Below are positions 51,123-64,000 of a DNA stretch of 64,000 nucleotides, one piece after another. Both the position numbers and the translations under genes were made by a program. How positions within the stretch are numbered: the stretch's first letter is position 1; each line of letters opens with the position of its first letter. The stretch lies in NCBI RefSeq assembly GCF_964188315.1, contig NC_135657.1, positions 85,436,001 to 85,500,000 on the forward strand. The letters are read 5' to 3'. The notes under the pieces were generated by a model. The model was not told where the DNA came from. It ran no database searches and saw nothing but the letters and a program-made list of their open reading frames with translations. The DNA comes from Podarcis muralis. Lineage: Eukaryota.

Positions 51123-54100
51123 GTAAAATGCCTTTAACATGCTAGCTATTGCTTATTCCCACGGATGCACTGTTACCACTGGAACTAGTAAGGAATATTT
51201 TTGTGCAAAGCGCACAGCCAAAGTAAGAACTCTACTCATATTGGAGAACATTGTTCTATACTCATCTATTTATACAATGCATATATTTTTGGCATGTTGC
51301 ATTATGCATACAGCATGGAGGGAAATGTTGTATATAACAGTGCAGCCCCACACACCCCATTTATTCAATGGAGTAACAACACCAATTTATTTCATTGTGG
51401 GACTATGATTCTCTTTGTTGCTAAACCGCCCTCCCAAGGCAATCAAATCCAGACCTGCACAGCTTCTAAACCTGAAAGCTGATCACAGTGCAGTGCGGGC
51501 TTGATAAACCTCCTGATTTTGTTGCCAGCCTGGGGATGAAAAAAAAACAAAGGCTATGTCAAGCACCTGGCCAGCCAAAATACCTGACTGGTAGGCTGCT
51601 TTTGGCTTGGTAGGGAGCAAGTTGCATAGGCTTGCATTGAACTAGTTCACCTCCCCACCACAAAATAAAGCTTTGAATGGAGTCTGTTATTGTCTGCATT
51701 AGCAATACTTTGTAGACTGAGAAGGATGGCATGGATGCAATGAAAACAGTACTGGTGTTTTGGCTTTAAAAAATGTGCCTTGTGTTCCACCAGTATTGTT
51801 TTCATTGGCTTCAAAAATGTGTGTGAATGAACATGTGAGGTCATAATGGGTTCTCTGTAGACAGAATCTGAAACATGATTGTTATCTCACTTGTCGAATA
51901 CATCTTTATTCAATTGCTCTTGGTCAAAAGATGAAGCACGTGAGAGGTTTTCTCCCTTCTGGTTTATGTTTTGCACACACACACAAAGCGGATTGCTATA
52001 AATTTCTCTTCCCCTGAATGTGCAACTAAGGTTGTGGGAATCTATCACCAAGTAAAAACTTGTCATTTTTTTCTGGACCTTCAGAAGAAATTAACTTGAC
52101 AGCTCAAGGTTCTAGGTTTCTATTCTGTGCTGTTTGATGAAAAGTTGTTTTTCTTGTGTGTATTTTAAGCATCTGTGTTTTAAAATGGTTTTTATATGTT
52201 GGAATCCACCCTTGATCACTATGAATGATAAATAGTGGTCTAGAAATGTAGCAAATAATATGCACACATAACAAGAATCTAGAAATCATTGATGCAATGC
52301 TTCTGAGTATTCAGTGTCTATAATGTCTCAGCAATAATACCAACAACCTTGGAAGGTATGTCAGGTTTATTTTCTCTGTATTACATTGATGCTGAGAGAC
52401 AGTTGCTTGTCTAAGGCTACTTGGTGAGTTGCTGAGGTGAAACATAAACTGGGGGTGTTCCTGCCTTATGAATCATATTCTGAGCAACTATACTAATGCT
52501 GGCTATCAAGATGGTGCAGTACGTAGCATTTCTGTATGATTGCAAATTTTGCATAGTCGTGTAACTCTGGTACTTTTGCAACAGAAGCAGATTGAGTAAA
52601 CAAATTTACATGATATAAAGGCACTTCAAGACTGTCACTGTTTTGGGATGGGATTCCACCAGTTACCAGCAAATTCAGGTAGTCCAATTAAACTTGGTTA
52701 GGGGCTCTTCTAGAACAAAGCCATCGTTCTCAGAATTTTTGCAATAAGGAAAGTGACAGACAAAATTGAAAGCATGGGATGACAATTCATTGATGCAATG
52801 ACCTCCCTGCAAACAAACCAGAATGAATGTACAATGGTCTAAAGTACCTTCAAGCTTTGTCAAATTAATCAAGATGAATGCTCAATAAACCAGTTGCCTG
52901 GAAGCAACCTAAGGTGCATCTCTTAAAAATGTAGATCAGGGTTAGGTGCATGAGCCATGCAGGTTAATGAAAAAGTCAGCTAGTAATACTCATCTAAAAT
53001 CATACTGTTTCTAATTTAGTCTACCATATTTGTACCTTTGTGTGTTAGCGCTGGTTATTATGATGTACCAATAAAGATAGGTGGAAGTTCTGGAGGCCAA
53101 CAGAGAGATGGAAAGGAGGAGGAGGAGACAAGCAGGGAAAACTGGAGAAAAGTATTGGGAGCTTGGGATGTTGATTCAGGAACAGCAAAAGTTTGGATAA
53201 TGTTGAGACAGCTTATGTGGAATTGCAACTTGAAAACACAAGCAGGGGCATTATTTCAATCTTGCATTAAGAACCTCATAATTCTATTTTGCTCCGGGTA
53301 TTCTCTAGGAAAAATATATAGCATAGAATGGATTTATTAATTGAACATATGATATATACCCAAGGTTTACTCATTTCAGACATCCATCTTTTAAAGAAAG
53401 TTCTCACTAGTTGTGCCAGAATTGTAGGAAGGTGACAAATTCTCTCTCATTAGAATTAGAACCTTAAGTGTATGTTGCTCAGGAAGTCATTTGAAACAGA
53501 AGAATACTTATGACCCAAGAGATTATTTAATTTTAAAATATTGATGTTCTCTGCTTAAACAAGTGACATTTTTCTAGGAAAGAACATTAAGAGCCTTATT
53601 CATCAATAATTTGACTCAACAGCCTGCATTTCTATTTCTATGAGCACTCGATATGGATGGATAGGTGAGTTAGCAGTAATGCAAAATGGTACTTGAAATG
53701 CCAGGCAGTTTACTGGAATCTGGAATGGGAGCGGGAAGCTGAAACGACTGTTTTTGTTTCATAGTGAAAGTCAAGTCAGATGCCTACCAAACGGTGAGAG
53801 TGGGTCTTGAGACACTGACCTAAAAATGTCCTGTGGTTAGTGTGACTGAGATCCACATTATTCCCCCAAAGAGCCACATGAACCCTAGCCCACAACTGTG
53901 GGGATGCTCCAGGCAGTGTAGATTCACAACTGAGAGATAATTGTGGCCAGAAGAAGTGGGAGGCTTCCGCAGACTGGGGCAAAATGGCCACCATGCACAG
54001 GTAAGGCTATGAGTAAAGGAGATGGGCAGCCCTCTGATCTCTCCTTAGTATGCTAACCTTTCCTTCTCTGGGCAGCATGTAGCATGTGAAAATGGATCAA

Positions 54101-54266
54101 AACATGGCAGTAAAGATGCCTTGTAGTTCTGAGAATACTCAGGCCCAACTTCTCTTCATTGTTCCCACCTGGCTTTGCTGCAACATGACCGTGAAACTGA
54201 CAGGTCCTTCCATCCATATTCCCAAACATAATGACATAGCTATGCGTACCTCTACAAGGAGCCTTG

Positions 54267-54624
54267 TGAGGGACGCGGATGGCGCTGTGGTTTAAACCAC
54301 AGAGCCTAGGACTTGCCGATCAGAAGGTTGGAGGTTCGAATCCCCGCGACAGGGTGAGCTCCCATTGCTCGGTCCCTGCTCCTGCCAACCTAGCAGTTTG
54401 AAAGCACATCAAAGTGAAAGTAGATAAATAGGTACCGCTCTGGTGGGAAGGTAAACGACGTTTCTGTACACTGCTCTGGTTCGCCAGAAGCTGCTTAGTC
54501 ATGCTGGCCACATGACCCAGAAGCTGTACGCTGGCTCCCTCGGCCAATAAAGCGAGATGAGCGCGCAACCCCAGAGTTGGTCACGACTGGACCTAATGGT
54601 CAGGGGTCCCTTTACCTTTACCTT
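54267..54624 (+). mobile_element. Sauria SINE, full length, (ACCTTT)n tail
   Basis: Pol III A box tggcgctgtgg, B box ggttcgaatcc, typical body, 14-bp target duplication tacaaggagccttg (54253-54266, 54625-54638). Confidence 0.95.
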
Positions 54625-56296
54625 TACAAGGAGCCTTGGACAGGAATAGCTTGAAACTAATACCTGGTGCCAGAATGGAGTCACCCATATAAGGTAGACA
54701 GCAGAGCCAATCTCTGCTAGCTCTCACCAGAAGGGTTGGCAACGTACGCTGAAGGGTGGAGGAGAGTGTTCCTGAATTGCAAATGTCACTGCAAATCCTT
54801 TAAATTGATTCTAACAGAGCTGAGATTTTTTTTAGTTCAAATCCATCTATGTGTCTCAAGTATTCATCCTGGGTGCGAATGCAAACTATGGTTGCAATTC
54901 TTTTTTTTAAAACCAATACAAAGATTTGCATGAAAATATTGGGTTGGATCTAAAAGTTCCCTTACTCCGAGAGAAAGAGCATGAACTTTCAAAATGACAC
55001 CTTCTATTCCAGTAGGGGAATCTATTATGTTTCCATATCTCAGAAAAATAGGTGGAAATCAGGGCTTCCCATCTAACTGTAACCTTACTACTTAACTCAT
55101 CTAAACATTGCTCATTTAATTTTGACAGACATTCATTTGAGTTATACTCCAGTCTACACATGCATTTAGATTTAGTAAGGGCAGCATATTTTAAAATATT
55201 CTAACTGCATATTTGGGGATGTTTTTTTAATCTCTTTTATGATCTTATGTCATAATTGGAAAGAAAACCAAAAATACATTATCTCCTTAGAAAAAATGAT
55301 ACAATTCTTGCTATGGTATTACCCCTTTGCCTTTCAAACAATTCATTGTTTCTCACCATGTCCCGGATTTGTACTCCAGTCCTCAGCATGTTACTGGGGA
55401 GCAAATAGTCCTGAAATCAGTGGGAAAGGCATTTAAATAATATAATCAGGACCGGTGTGTTAAATTCCCTGTGACAACTTATACATTTCATCCAAAGCAT
55501 GTAACAGAGACATGATAATGGTCTCTTTGACCAACACAGCATGGTGTTCTTAAAGTCTAATACATGGGGTGAAATTTTTGTGATGGTAAGTAAGATAAAC
55601 ATAAACACGCTTCATGTGACATTTTTCATCTAAATCACACACTTAATAAATCCATATACTACAAAAGGTCTTTACAGTGAAAGCTCAAACAGCAAAATGG
55701 TGGTTTGGGGATTTACAGAATAACACAGTTGCTTTTCAGTTGTGCTTACTTTCTGTATTTAAACAAAAGCAGCGGAAAATGTGATCAGGTATTGACATTG
55801 CAGTATTTAAAATAACACATTTCAAAATGTCAAGTGAACAAGTTTGTAAATAATATATCCAAATGCACATTTGGCCTAGATTATTCTTATTGTTTCTCAT
55901 AACAAAACACAGGGTTAAAATAATGTCCACCCTTAACCAGAGTTGAAATTTAGGTACATCTATTGTTTCTTTAGTTTCTCGAGATCTACAGTGTTACTAT
56001 ATATAATTCTGCCTAATATAAAAAGTAGCTTTTTATAATGTACCTTGTGCTGCCATCAATATAGCTGTGTCAGCAAAAGGAATTGGCCCTTTAGAGAAAG
56101 TCAATACCTCACTGAGGATGAAAGTCCTAAATACAGTTATGAAGAGGTACTACTGAAAAGAACAGGTCTAGTGTCGTGCTGTAGGAACAACACTCACCGT
56201 TGCCTTGATATTTTAAGAGTAACCCTGGAATATCTAACACATTTTTATCCTGAGTCTTTGAAATTATTGCTGTGACAGTAGACTCACACATAGATG

Positions 56297-56546
56297 CAGG
56301 GCCTTGTAGAGCCAGGCAGAGGCCCGGGCCAGGTAGATAATGTGGCCCCTCTTTTTTTACCCCGCCGGGGACTCTCGTGCTACTAGCCATGGCCCCAGAG
56401 AATCCGCCCACCGCCGCCACCTTTGTGCCTCCACGTTCGCCCCAGTGTATCCCCTGCAATTGTGAATATGCTGACTGAGGCCCCCTTTGGAATCGGAGGC
56501 CCGGGCCAAGTGGCCCATATGGCCCCCCCCCCTCTGTCTGGGCCTG
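56297..56546. mobile_element. hAT-type MITE
   Basis: cagggcc ... gggcctg termini with perfect 8-bp target duplication catagatg. Confidence 0.85.
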
Positions 56547-59315
56547 CATAGATGTGTTTTCCTGGAAGGGAATTTGGACCAACAGCATCTATTCCCCCAC
56601 CCAAAGGTTTGCTAACATTTGTTATAACAAACGAACCCTGATGGTCATACCATGGGCCTTGGTATCATGACCATGCAATCCAACAGTGACACAGACACAG
56701 AGAGCAAGGAAGCTATGATGCTGATTCTGGAGGTACTAGTCCTGAGTATTGTTACTGTGACAGGAACTCCCAAGTGCAGTTCGCCTGAGCCTGGAGACAG
56801 CAGGCCCTGAGCCTAGCTCCCTTGAAGGGCTAGCATACATGTCTGCAAGTGCCGCACACTCCTTTAGGCTGGTGCACCAGTGCAGAAAGCATGGCTTGCC
56901 TTAGCCCATGGAGACAAGATATGCCAGAGTGCCAGGCTTCAGGCTGAAGGGCTGCCCCTTTAAGTTTATCAACTCCCAGCTAAGGGAACTTAAAGGGTTC
57001 CATTGAATCAGGGCTCTCTTTTGAACAAATAGGCTGCTCCCTGGGCTCTGCGGTCCTGAAAGACCTGCCACTAACTTTCCTCATGCCTGTCTCTCCTTCT
57101 GGTCCAGACTGCGTCTGGGGATCGTATTGCCCTGGTTCACCTGTGGGCTTTGCTTTATCAGGACAGGATACTTGTAAGTACTTTCACACAGTTTTGCAAT
57201 GAACTTCGAGAACACTGAAAAGTAATGTCTAGAAATAATAGCCGTCGCAGCAATTCTAAGCTATATATCTGATATGTAGGTCTTTGGAAGAGATTAGGCA
57301 TGGCTCATTGGTTCCAAACAGAACAGTTTTGTAGAACTGAAAATCTGAGGAACCACCTGGAATAGGACAGTGGGAACTGGAGCTATCTGTTTCACAATTG
57401 GAAAGAAGCTATGTATAGAAAAAGTTTAAATGGATACTTAATTTTGAATGTGAACAGTATATACCAATGCATGGAATAAAATATGAACAAATTTGAATAA
57501 TTTTACTGAGAAGGACTAGAATGAACTAAAGGATGTGAGTAGCAAGGAATCTGAATATTGTATATTCAGTAACACTTGGAAATAACTCACACATCCTCCT
57601 ACCATTTCATCTTTTAAAGAGTTTCCATTGCATCTTTGTTCCTCAAAATATTTCCCAATATTGCTTTTCCTCAGCAATACATTATTTATCCTTTTATTCA
57701 AATTAAAATAAGAGGGATGGGAATGTCTCAGCTGAGGAGACAAAGTGGGAATGGGAAAATGCAAAGCAAATCTTTAAAATAGTGTAAGTATTGCTTTCAG
57801 TGTCTCTTATGACGGTGTGTTTACCAATTACAGAATAAAGCAACTTCAAATGGGAAGAATGGTTTTGCTTTGAGTTACACAGATTCACTTGCAAATGACA
57901 AACACAGCTTACATCTCCCCTTTCTTCCTTCTAAACTTGTTATACAAACATACATGTGATGTCTTTAACCCCCCCATATAACTTTAAGATACAGGTGGAG
58001 GGGCCAATCCAACTCACCCCATTCAAGAGTGTAGCTGTTCTCCTGTTGAGCTCAGTGGGTGTTAGACTGACCACATCAGGCAGAAATTAAATATCATTCA
58101 ACAGCTTACGACAGGGCAGGTTAATTAAATGGAGGAGCCATTGAGAATAATACATAGGAAGAATGTAGTTATAATGGCACTGCCACACGTGTAAAGATTA
58201 CAAGAATGAGCCTGCAGGGATATTGTTTAAATTTTAAAATGTATAAAATACAGATTCTGATATATTACTTTTAATAGATCTCTAAGGTAAGCTAACTGGT
58301 AAAAATCACTTAAGTTGCTGCATTACACAAGTCTTTTACAAGAGGGAATATACACGTGCATAAAACAATCACATTTTATTACATATGCCCAGCAGCTGCA
58401 TGAGTCTGCAGTCTAATCAGTCACTACAGGAAGAATCAGTGATAAATACTGAAGGTAATGCTACAATAAATCTCAGTGGGTAGAGGTTTGATTCAATTTG
58501 AGTGATACTTAATTTTTGCCCTGCAAAATCAATCACCATCATGATTGTATTTGATCAGCATATTTTCTTTGAGGGTAACTTTTCTTTGTAGCGTGGGCAT
58601 CAGATGTGTCAATTAAATTTATAAATACAAGTCTGTAATTCCCATGGCGCAACAGAGTAGACATATTTTTAAGAGTTGTAGTGGCATTTTGTTTTGATGA
58701 AGTAGGTTTTAGTTTTGTCCGAGGCATGAAAATGGAGACAACTATTTGGAAGGGATTCATTTAAATGAATCATTTGTTTGTTATTTCAGATGGATTACTA
58801 ACTTTCTTTCTCATCAGTAATTTCAGAAAGAATGAAATTTCTACACTAGTTATACACCAAGTCAGATTGTCTTGATAACCAAGTCTACATTTTAGATAAG
58901 AACTACATGATGGAATAGATGGCTGGATGATAACATGCATCCATATCTGTTTATAAGAATGGGAACTAAATATTGGAATTTAGCATTCAGCCACCAGGAG
59001 AGACTACATGGTATCTAAGAACATCATTTTGAAGTGATCCACAAAGAGAACAACATCTTTCAAGGATGCCTTGCCCTGCTCTGACTTTCTCTGAGAAAGT
59101 CTTTCTGACACACCTGTCCAATATTTAACCCTCTTCTGAGGTTTTTCTGTTGGAAGGATAACACAGGAAGGACTAATGCCAACACAGTAGGACCTACACT
59201 TCTGAAGGAACTTTTGAATAGTATGTGCTCAACTTAAGGTATGAACTAAAGGTATTAATATATAAGGGACACCATATTTCTCTGAAGAAGAACATCCTTT
59301 GAAACGGGGAGCCCT

Positions 59316-59973
59316 TGTGCTGGTCCCAGGGGGAAGGTTACTGTTATCGTAGTCAAGGTTCAGTCCTGAGTCACTAGCCTGGTAATAATCCACAAGGTGC
59401 GAGGCAAGGTCCGAAACAGGGAGCCAGGCGGGGACAGGAACACTCGAAGACCAGAAGCAGGGAGCCGGGCGGGGAACAGGAACGCTGGAAGGTCAGAAGC
59501 AGGAAGCCGGGCGGGGAACAGGAACACTGGAGGAACAGGACTGGATGCTGGCCGAAACAGCTCTCCAATAACGACGTTGCTCCCGCAACCTGGGACCGGG
59601 CTGACTGACCTTTATCTTCTTCTAAGGCCAGGGGCGGTCCCGGCCCCCAGGAGCCCCGCCTCTCCTGGCCTTAAGGCGAGCACTCCTGGGAGAAACCAGT
59701 TCCCTTCGCCTCTCTGCCCTAAGCCTCTGCAGTTCAGGAGAGGCCGAAGGGTTACTGGGTCCCGGGGGAAGCTCACCTGTAGACACTGAGTCCTCAAGCA
59801 CTTCTGGGGCCAGAATGGATTCACCTGGTGCCTGCTCCTGAGGATCTGGCACAGGTGCAGGCTCCTCAGAATCTAGGCCTTGCCCCAGTTCAGCCGGCCC
59901 TGGAGGCGGGGACTCCTGTGCCGGCTGGGATTCCTCTGGTTCGCTCTCAGAATCGGAATCCCAGGCCATCACA
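59316..59973 (-). mobile_element. solo LTR, RRSARL family copy 2, with about 2.7 x 42-bp tandem repeat at 59419-59533
   Basis: TGTGA...GCACA termini on the minus strand, 5-bp flanks gccct/cccct; colinear with 14046-14613. Confidence 0.88.
59622..59969 (-). CDS. LTR U3-encoded 115-aa protein, counterpart of 14050-14400
   Basis: MAWDSDSESEPEES...ELQRLRAERRRELVSPRSARLKARRGGAPGGRDRPWP; the only indel relative to copy 1 is one whole codon. Confidence 0.55.
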   Translation of the reverse strand: MAWDSDSESEPEESQPAQESPPPGPAELGQGLDSEEPAPVPDPQEQAPGESILAPEVLEDSVSTGELPPGPSNPSASPELQRLRAERRRELVSPRSARLKARRGGAPGGRDRPWP

Positions 59974-60140
59974 CCCCTCATTACATGAATGGATAAAGTG
60001 TGGATAGTAAATTAAATTATGTATACCTGTCTTTTTGTGATAACTTGCTCTACCATCCATAAAGGTAAGCTGTTCAAGCAAATCCAGTGGTTCCCTCCCC
60101 CTGACAAAAGAAGTCTTTCACAGATAGAAGAATTTCTTCT

Positions 60141-60943
60141 AAAGACTCTCCTCCCTACAAGAGAGGGGAGTGGTTGTGGCCGGGAGCCGGACTCCGCCTC
60201 AAGCAGGGGGCATTAGCCCCCTGCCTCCCACTCACCTGGCTGGCGCCCACGCCCTCGGCCAGGCACCCAACCAGGTGCCTTCAAGGGGGGGGGGTACAGC
60301 AGCCTAAATTGCTGCGGCGCCAGCCTCCAGCCCTCACTTTTCGTTGTCCCGTCGCAAGTCACCCACCCTCCACTCCCTTAGAGCAGGGTTCCAGTTTTCT
60401 TTTGGCCTTGCTATGGACCTTAGGTTGGTCGCCCTGGTTGTTCGGGGGGCCTGGTAGGAATTTTTTCCATTTGGCATTAGGCATTTTGGTTTTTTCGCCT
60501 ACCTCGTAGCAATCGTCACAACTTTTGTGGTATTGGTGGGTAGGTTAGGCATTGGAATAATGTGTTGTGGTGTCGAAGGGCTAGGTGTGGCCATCGCCTA
60601 TGCCTTCAATTTTTGGGTATTCCGTTAAAGGAATCTGGCGGTCATGTATTCTGTCCGATGCCTGCTTGGCGGGAGGCCATGGCACGACCCTCGGTGACAT
60701 CAGGGGAGAGCCTATAGTTGGATTAGCATCAACAGGCTCCACCTACTGGTGAATGAACCCACCTTGTTTCAGACTCACCCCTCTCTGAGGGGGTGGAGTC
60801 AGCTGACGTAATCCAATGCCTAAGCCAATACCTTTTCACTTGCTGTAATCAATAAAGTTGTGGCCTTTTCTTGCCCATTAACTTTATATCACGTGTCCTT
60901 GTGTTTCATTCCACTGCACGGGGTACGGGTCCTCGAACCACAA
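60141..60943 (+). mobile_element. 803-bp non-autonomous derivative of the YR element
   Basis: 60141-60350 matches the reverse complement of about 41580-41796; 60529-60943 matches the reverse complement of 38246-38645; no coding remnant and no target duplication. Confidence 0.88.
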
Positions 60944-63411
60944 CTAAGATCCATGCCAATCAATGATCCAACCTAGTAGGTCTTCACAAAATTGTAAATA
61001 AGGATCCTTGATGGAATAAGAATTGCCACATATTTCTAGATCTGCTTTCCTCTATGTCCTTCTCCCATGTAGACACAAATGCTTTCTTTTCTAAAGAATT
61101 TGCTTTCTAAATTATAAGGGCTGGACCCATAGTTCACTTGTATTAGCGACACATCCACTGAAGACTACAAGGGGAGAAGGGCATTGACAAAAGCTCCCTC
61201 CCCTTTGCAGCACCAGCAAGATTCCTCCACCGGAAGAGAAGCCTTCCTGATGTGAAAGGAGCCTTTCTGTCTACAGAAGGTAAAGCCTTGATCCAACCCA
61301 GTGTTGTTGTATGACACTTTTGTGAGTCACCTTGGAATATTTTTTTTATTAAAAAGATCCTTGAATATGGACTATAAAGTAAAGGACAACCGACCATTAG
61401 GGGAATCAAACATGCACATGAAGATGTGACACCTTGATGGTTAGGACATCATCCCTACCACTGAGCTTTTCCTTAATGGGTAGAAGCAAACCAGCATGTC
61501 ATCCCACCTGTGATGTAATACCCAAGTAGTATTTGTATCTCTTCTCATGAGCAGGATATTAATGGCAGAGCTTTTGTCCAGTTCAACAAGCCTTGCTAAC
61601 AGCGCTCTCAATATTTCTTTATATTTTTCAAGTGCTATTCAAGTGTTGTTCAATTATAACTTATTTTGCTGTGTGATTAAAATGTTGAGTATTCAAACTG
61701 GCATCAGTTCAAACATCACAGTTCATTAAATTACTCTGGAGACTCTTGGGCTGCGGTCGGAGAGGCCCATGCGGTAAAATGAAATGTTCTATTCATCAAA
61801 TTGTACCCTGCTGTGCTATTCATTTGGTAATAAAAACTTTATTTTCTCCACTTGTGTCCTCTCTTATTAATGAGATAAAAAGCATAGTCAGGTAACTGAT
61901 TTGTATGAGTACATGAATAATCAATCATTGACACGCAATATATAGGTACCACAGCCAAGCAAGCAGGGCGGGGGGGGGGGAACGATCAGCATTTAATTTC
62001 ACATGGCTGAGTAGCTGTCAGTATATGCTTTGTATTGCTATTCCTTCTCCAGACTAATATTTTCCCCATTTTTTCATATACACAGAATAAATACATTGGT
62101 TCATATCCAACTATGTTCTATTCAGACCCATTGAATCCAGTTAGTGTCCTTTAGTTTCAACAGGTCTACTCTGAGTATGACTAACACTGGATACAATGCA
62201 TTGCTATTACATTTTCAGGGGGGGGGGGAGGATGATGGCAGTAGATAGGTGTTTTAATGCAGTGACTTTGGTATGCTTTGTCTGGGAACTGGGAAGTAAC
62301 AGGGGTCAATAGTCATAAATCCCAAGCAAATGCATGGACAGTTAGGGCCTTCTTATTTTAACAATAATCTGTCTACTAAAAAATTTGTAAGCATGTTATT
62401 GACTGATGAAGGTAGGTTTACATACATTCATTTCGGCAGTTTAGTGTTTTGCTTTTGTTCTGTGCAGCATCCCCCACCACACAGACATCAGCAAAGTGTG
62501 ATAACAAGTCTATTTCTGACATTGCAGTACTGGGTATAAAACAAGGATAAAGCTGGGTGTGTGTGCACGCACGCACCCATGTGTGCATGTTATATTTATA
62601 TAACAAACACGTAAAGATACTTTGATTCATGCACTGATTATATCAGCTATCACATATACTAGCCAAGCTCTAAGAGCTCCTGAATCACATAGAAATTCAG
62701 TAGGCCTGCATGATTGATACATACACATCCTGCGTATAGCATAGTCTGATTAAAGAAATATTAAAATAGGAATAAAATAGGAAATTACATTTAAAATAGC
62801 CAACACACTGGCAATGGTGCTTGTTATGTAATCTCAGAAAAGTACAGAAACCAAGAACGAAAAATGAACCTTCCCAAAATCTGATCATAAATATAAACCT
62901 TTTCTATTACAGGAGTGCAGAGGACTGAAACAAAAGGCAACGGAAGAAGACTTTCCATGCAAACTTGTAACATTGCAGTGAGCAGGCAGAATTCTCAAAC
63001 CGCAGCAGGATACTTTTAGAAAACCAATATTAGTTGAGCTGAATTTATTCAATGGACCAAAACATCTTATTTCCTAAAGCTGCATATTTCATAGGAGAAA
63101 AAAAGTATCACTTACCTAACAACATGATCCTAACCCATCTACCATGAGCCAGACCATCTATTGTATACATGAGGTTCCTGCATGTGCAAGTTGACATGTA
63201 CATGACAATAAAGGAGGCGGCATGAATGGAAAGGGACACATGCATGGAGATGCCCTTTGAATCACCAGGCCTTTTGGTGGGTGTCTGTGTATGAGTGCCG
63301 TAGCTACAGCATCTGTGATGCTGCCACAAACAGCACATACAGCTGGACTGGGCTAATGGGCTCTGTGCACATTTGAAATGATATTCCAATGAGTGGCAGT
63401 AGCGATTGTGT

Positions 63412-64000
63412 TTGTGTGTCAAAGCCCCAAGCCACCCCCATGAGAATAAAGACACAAGGACACAGAATTATAGTTTAATGTTAATGGGCAAAATTTAGCC
63501 CACAACTTTATTGGTTACAGAATGTGAGCGGTATTGGCATAGGCATTGGCATCAACAGACTATATCTGACTCCTGCCCACCTTGCAGGGAGTCCGGTAAG
63601 GGTAAACCACCAGTAGGGGGAGCCCTGCTGATGTGGATCGACTTGAGCATCCCCTGGGTTCCCGCTGGGGTCGTGGCATGGCCCTAGCCCCTCCCTGGGC
63701 TTCAGACGATATCTACACCCCCAGATTCCTTTAATGGAATACCCTTGAGCAAGGAGGGGCAGGTGATGGCAGCCCCTCCCTTCCCCCACACATTGCCCAA
63801 CCGCCAAACCTTACAAAGTTGTGATGATTGCTATGAGGTAGGTGAAAACCAAGTGGCCAGTGCCAATTTGCCAAGTGGAAAAAGTCCTACCAGGCCCCTC
63901 TACAGCGTCCAACTGAAATCCATAGCAAGGCCAATGACGCAACCTGAACATAGGGTGGGAGGGCGGGAGATCCGTGGCGTGAGGCTGAAAAGGGGCGATT
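63412..64000 (-). mobile_element. divergent non-autonomous YR-family copy, runs off the window end
   Basis: Reverse-complement similarity to 60400-60943, including aaagttgtga.gattgcta.gaggtagg, cctaccaggcccc and ccatagcaaggccaa; 3' end gacacacaa. Confidence 0.8.

Noticed and set aside
63116-63177. Possible 62-nt minus-strand exon (NLMYTIDGLAHGRWVRIMLL)
   Set aside because: Weak acceptor tract and no recognised homology.

Overview
Vertebrate, repeat-rich non-coding DNA from a squamate, most likely a lacertid lizard (inferred from a Sauria-type SINE with an (ACCTTT)n tail and the L2/MITE repertoire). I cannot recognise any host protein-coding exon, so the window is probably intergenic or a long intron. 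It has two N gaps. Recognisable content is almost all mobile DNA. (1) A decayed tyrosine-recombinase (YR) retroelement of the DIRS/Ngaro group at 38246-41796 (-) carries YR and SGNH-hydrolase genes and is interrupted by a Neptune-type Penelope element; three short non-coding relatives with matching termini are also present. (2) Three copies of a solo-LTR family are present. Two encode a 115-116 aa ORF in the presumed U3, and all three keep its C-terminal part with an HMGN-like R-S-A-R-L motif; the ORF shows excess synonymous change between copies. (3) An 89-aa ORF lies behind two tandem RFX X-boxes and ahead of a polyA signal. (4) A five-element nested insertion stack occupies 46.2-48.4 kb. 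(5) Two Penelope clades each carry a minimal hammerhead ribozyme. (6) There are many L1, L2, RTE, SINE, Tigger-, hAT- and Harbinger-type MITE copies and microsatellites. All alignments were done by eye and family names come from recalled motifs, not database searches.
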